64,000 bases of DNA from Chiloscyllium plagiosum (lineage: Eukaryota). The position numbers were made by a program, and so were the translations under genes. A model generated the notes under the pieces. That model saw nothing but the letters and a program-made list of their open reading frames with translations, searched no databases and was not told the origin of the DNA. The stretch is from assembly GCF_004010195.1 (NCBI RefSeq), contig NC_057719.1, positions 24,405,465 to 24,469,464 of the forward strand, given 5' to 3'. This document shows, piece by piece, positions 60,134 to 64,000 of the stretch (within the stretch, counting starts at the first letter, position 1; each line of letters begins with the position of its first letter).

Positions 60134-61926
60134 ACGAGTTTTCCAAAGGGCAGTATTAATCCAATGTTGACTTTTCAGTTAGATTTAAACTATGGATTCC
60201 TTTAATGTCATCACTCCAAAATGGTAAAAAAATTCAAAACTAGTAGTGCAATATTAAAACTGATACACGATGGCTAATGTTTTATACAAAACATTGATTA
60301 TATCGTAAAAGAAGGACCATACTTAAAAAGACCAACTTGCACACTGAAAAGTATCTGCATCCCAGTCATTTAATTTTTAAAAAATGTAGCAAGTGCAATA
60401 GGTGGTCACAAACAGTGAAAGATAATGAATAAATTGGCATTTTCTGTTGACTAACACACAACGTTGTCCTTGCCAACCATGAACTTCTGGTTAGCTCGAG
60501 TTTCTAATTACGCCTCACTGCTTGCCACAATATAACCCCTGTACACAGAAACAAAGTTAATCTCTGTCATAACAAATATCCCATACATAATTTATTCATG
60601 ACATCTTCAGAATAGAAGATTTTAATATAATTATTCTTAAAAAAATTTGAATCACAGATTATTTATTTCCAAAATAAACTCCAATAACTGCCTCACACAC
60701 TGTCACAGTGATTGAATAACAACTCAAAACTCCAGACTGCGGGAGACATCACAAATCAACGGGAGACAGTAGTCTGAAGATAACTACCTCCCAGCATCAT
60801 TACACTAGAACAACTGCATTGTCAGGCTCTTTATCTCTTGGGAAACAACACTCAGTTACATAATCTCTGCTTAATTCTGCTTACAATTTGGCAGTTAGTT
60901 ATCTGTTATATTCTCCCAACGGAACACAGTCTGCTATCAAATCAATGATACTTGTCTTTGTAAGAAAATGAGTTCTAACCTTTCTATATCAGGGTTGATT
61001 ACGCGACTGATAGTAAGTGCACCTCAAGAGCCAGAAATAGAGAAGTAAAACAAATAGGAAAAATATAATGTCCTCCCTTATCTACTAAGATTTGACCTTT
61101 TGAGTTGAGCTTGGCGTGGCTTATCATTGATGTCTACCTGATTGGCACACTGAATAGCCATCTCCATGCAGTTGCTGGAGTGATACTGCTGGAGATGGGT
61201 CATCACGGTATTCACTTACAGCAGTTAAATCAACAGAACTGGAGCCCTGCAGACCTGGAAATCACATTAGGCTCAGTGGTTGATGGGCAAATAGGAAGAA
61301 CAACAGGACTGTTCAGAGAAGAGTCAGTAATTTGCAATGATTGTGTGGCACTCTGCTGACTTTGAAAAAAACACATTAAGATTTCTGTAAAGGTTCTGGA
61401 TCATTGGCCACATAACTATAAAAGTTTAGAATCATAAACACAAAGCTGCATAAATGCAAACAAAAAGGAACTCAAGGGAAATGTTTCTGTTTTGCAAAGC
61501 TGCAGAGAATTGAGAATTCCATAAGTTTGGGAAAGGTTGCAGAGTAATTATTCTTGTTCACTAATTCACTGCAAGAGATAGTATTTTTGGGTGAGAGAAA
61601 GTTATGACCTAAATCAGTCAGAATCTAGAATGACATCATAACAAGCAGGGAATTTATCACGTATACCCACTTTAGTAGTAATATTTATTTCTTTAAGTTG
61701 AACCAATGTAGGTTAAGTTGACTCCAGGATTTGAACACATAGTCATGGTTCACAGAACTGTACAGTCTTGAGGGAATGCTGGACTATTGACCTTTTAATT
61801 CAAACACTAAACTGTAATAAAAAAAGGCATTATAAAACGAGAAATCTTTCCTCTCCACTTATTATTACAGCCCATCTCAAAAATATCAGCAAAATACTTT
61901 GTAAATTATTTGTACAGTAATTTTGT

Positions 61927-62246
61927 TTAGATTAGATTCCCTGCAGTGTGGAAACAGGTCCTTCGGCCCAACAAGTCCATACTGATCCTCTGAAGAGCAA
62001 CCCACCCAAACCCATTCCCCTATATTCACCCCTGACTAATGAACCTGACACTATGGGCAATTTAGCATGACCAATTCACCTGACCTGCACATCTTTGGGC
62101 TGTGGGACGAAACCGGAGCACCTGGAAGAAACCCACGCAGACATGGGGAGAACGTGCAAACTGCACACAGACAGTTGCCCGAAGTGGGAATTGAACCCAG
62201 GTCCCTGGCGCTGTGAGGCAGCAGTGTTAACCACTGAGCCACCGTG
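61927..62246 (-). mobile_element. HE1-type V-SINE
   Basis: Near-complete reverse-complement copy. Confidence 0.92.
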
Positions 62247-62269
62247 TTTATATACATATATAAAAGAGG

Positions 62270-62575
62270 AACAAGAATGAAAGGGCATAGATTTTAAAGG
62301 AAGATGCAAAAGAAGCCATTGTACATGAGGAAAAGCTTTTTTCAGACAGTGAGTAATTATGGTTTGAAATGCACTGCCTAGAAAGATGGTGAAGGCAAGT
62401 TTAAACGGGGCATTCAAGAGGGTATTGGATGACTAGTTTGATGGACATAATGTGCAAGGGTTTATTAAAAAAGCAAAAAATGGACAGTAGGCAATGATAC
62501 ACATTTGAAGAGCTGGTGCAGTCATGATGGGCTGAATGGCTTTCTTCTACGCTATAACAATCTGTGATTCTGTGC
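62270..62575 (+). mobile_element. Old CR1 3' end
   Basis: AGGGCATAGATTTTAA..GAAATGCACTGCCT..GATGGGCTGAATGGC..TCTGTGATTCTGTG. Confidence 0.7.
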
Positions 62576-63137
62576 TGTATTACCATTCCAGTACTGTAGA
62601 AGCATTCTTTTGGGTAACATCATACTTATCTTTCATTCTATTCTATTTGTAGTTTTAAATGTTATATTTTTGCATATGAATATGCTGAAATTGTCAACCT
62701 AATTCATTAAATGGAAATAGTTATTCTGATTATTTTCTCTCTCAAAAGAGAGAAAGACAATCTCCTTTCCATGAAACCATTGTCCAGTTAATGTTGAATG
62801 TTATCAATGACACGTACTGTATTCAAACAAATAAAGACGAGAGGGAGACGCAAAGTGCTGAGATTGTAAAGCAGGAATGTTGGGAGCTCTCTTTGTGGTT
62901 CCTATGGGATTGCAAAGCCTTTCCACTTTCATGTAGCTTCAGGCTTACGTCCATCTAAAATGAGAAAAGGAGGGACAACATGGGAAAAATATATTTTTTG
63001 CCAGAACCTTCAGGCTGCAATGAAAGGGGTAAAGAGCTCTGCAGAGCTTTATTAGAGACAATGAACCTTCCCCTGTGAGTGGGAAGGTTTTCTTCCAGAT
63101 ACGTCCTTCCCTATTTCATTCCATCCTCAACTTTCTC

Positions 63138-63621
63138 TAAGATGTGGAGGTGCCGGTGTTGGACTGGGGTGGACAAGGTCAGAAGTTACACAATGCCAGG
63201 TTATAGGCCAAAAGGTTTATTTGAAACTACAAGTTTTTTGGAGCCCTGCTCCTTCATCAGGTGAAGTGAAAAAAAGCATACAGTCACAGGATTTATAGGC
63301 AGAGAGATCAATGGACAGAGAGATCAATGGGCAGAGGGATCAAAAGATCATACAAATGGTGTGAGTAGATTGTTGAATAATAAGTCTCTGCAGGTGATCA
63401 AAAGTGTCAGACAGTGTGAGTAAAGTGTCAACAGCTGAATAGCAAGTGAAGGAGATGATCTATAAACCAATTAATTGAGGCAGAAAGATAATTGATCTCT
63501 CTGCCTATAAATTCTGTGTCTACACTTTTCTTCACTTCACCTGACAAAGGGACAGTGCTCTGAAAGTTTGTGGTTTCAAATAAACCTTTTGGACTATAAC
63601 CTGGTGTTGTGTGTATTCTAA
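63138..63621 (-). mobile_element. PLE family 3 end with an inverted pseudo-LTR
   Basis: 63178-63312 and 63491-63621 are inverted copies, each with a decayed hammerhead. Internal 16-bp repeat CAGAGAGATCAATGG x3. Confidence 0.85.
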
Positions 63622-64000
63622 CGCTAGCTAAAAGTAAGAATGAATAAATAATATGAGAGAGTGCAAGTGAATGTAAAACATAAGCAAGTAATCTTACAGG
63701 GGCCTGGTGCAAAACTTGGGCAGATTCATGTAAGAAATCCAGTAAGGCCTATCTCCACATTGGGAACAGCTCGCTGCATCTTTTAACTAGGTTCTGGGTG
63801 TTATGGTGAGACTCACACTATACAGCAGAGAGTTGCCAGTGAAGATGGTTTATTGCTTGTTAATGATCTTATGAACTGCAGATCTCATCTTATTAATAAG
63901 CAGCTTCCTGTAATACCACCATCACCTCGAACAAACAAGACGTTGAGAATTCCGACATCCTACTCAGAGATACAGAAAAGTGTGGATGGGAACAGGGTAA

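Noticed and set aside
61105..61375. 84-aa ORF or minus-strand exon with a GTAAGT donor at ~61218
   Set aside because: The plus ORF starts at TTG with no recognisable homology, and the minus exon candidate has stops in all frames.

Overview
Eukaryotic, repeat-rich, apparently intergenic or intronic DNA, most likely from an elasmobranch (shark), judged from HE1-type V-SINEs, abundant CR1 LINEs with (TCTATGAC)n tails and Deu-SINE tails. No intact host protein-coding gene is recognisable; the meaningful ORFs in the track are decayed retrotransposon fragments. The main elements are: many CR1 copies, including one near full-length 4.2 kb copy at 50257-54497; a 5'-complete, 3'-truncated L1 at 18475-24160; a second CR1-group LINE with its partner tRNA-SINE; an RTE remnant; a Gypsy remnant; a Tigger/pogo-like MITE; and at least three families of Penelope-like elements (PLEs). 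Five things deserve a second look. (1) Minimal hammerhead ribozymes with family-specific stems sit in the PLE ends, and many short fold-back PLE copies break at the ribozyme. (2) A ~135 bp 'mini-L1' joins an L1-like 5' promoter head directly to a poly(A) tail, with a 16-bp TSD at a TT/AAAA site. (3) Two different PLE families are fused back to back, one carrying a 103-bp internal inverted duplication. (4) The CR1 5'UTR has intron-like splice signals. (5) There is a strong CTCF motif and several orphan exon-like segments in unique DNA. Family names come from recognition by eye; no database search was run, and boundaries of old copies are approximate.
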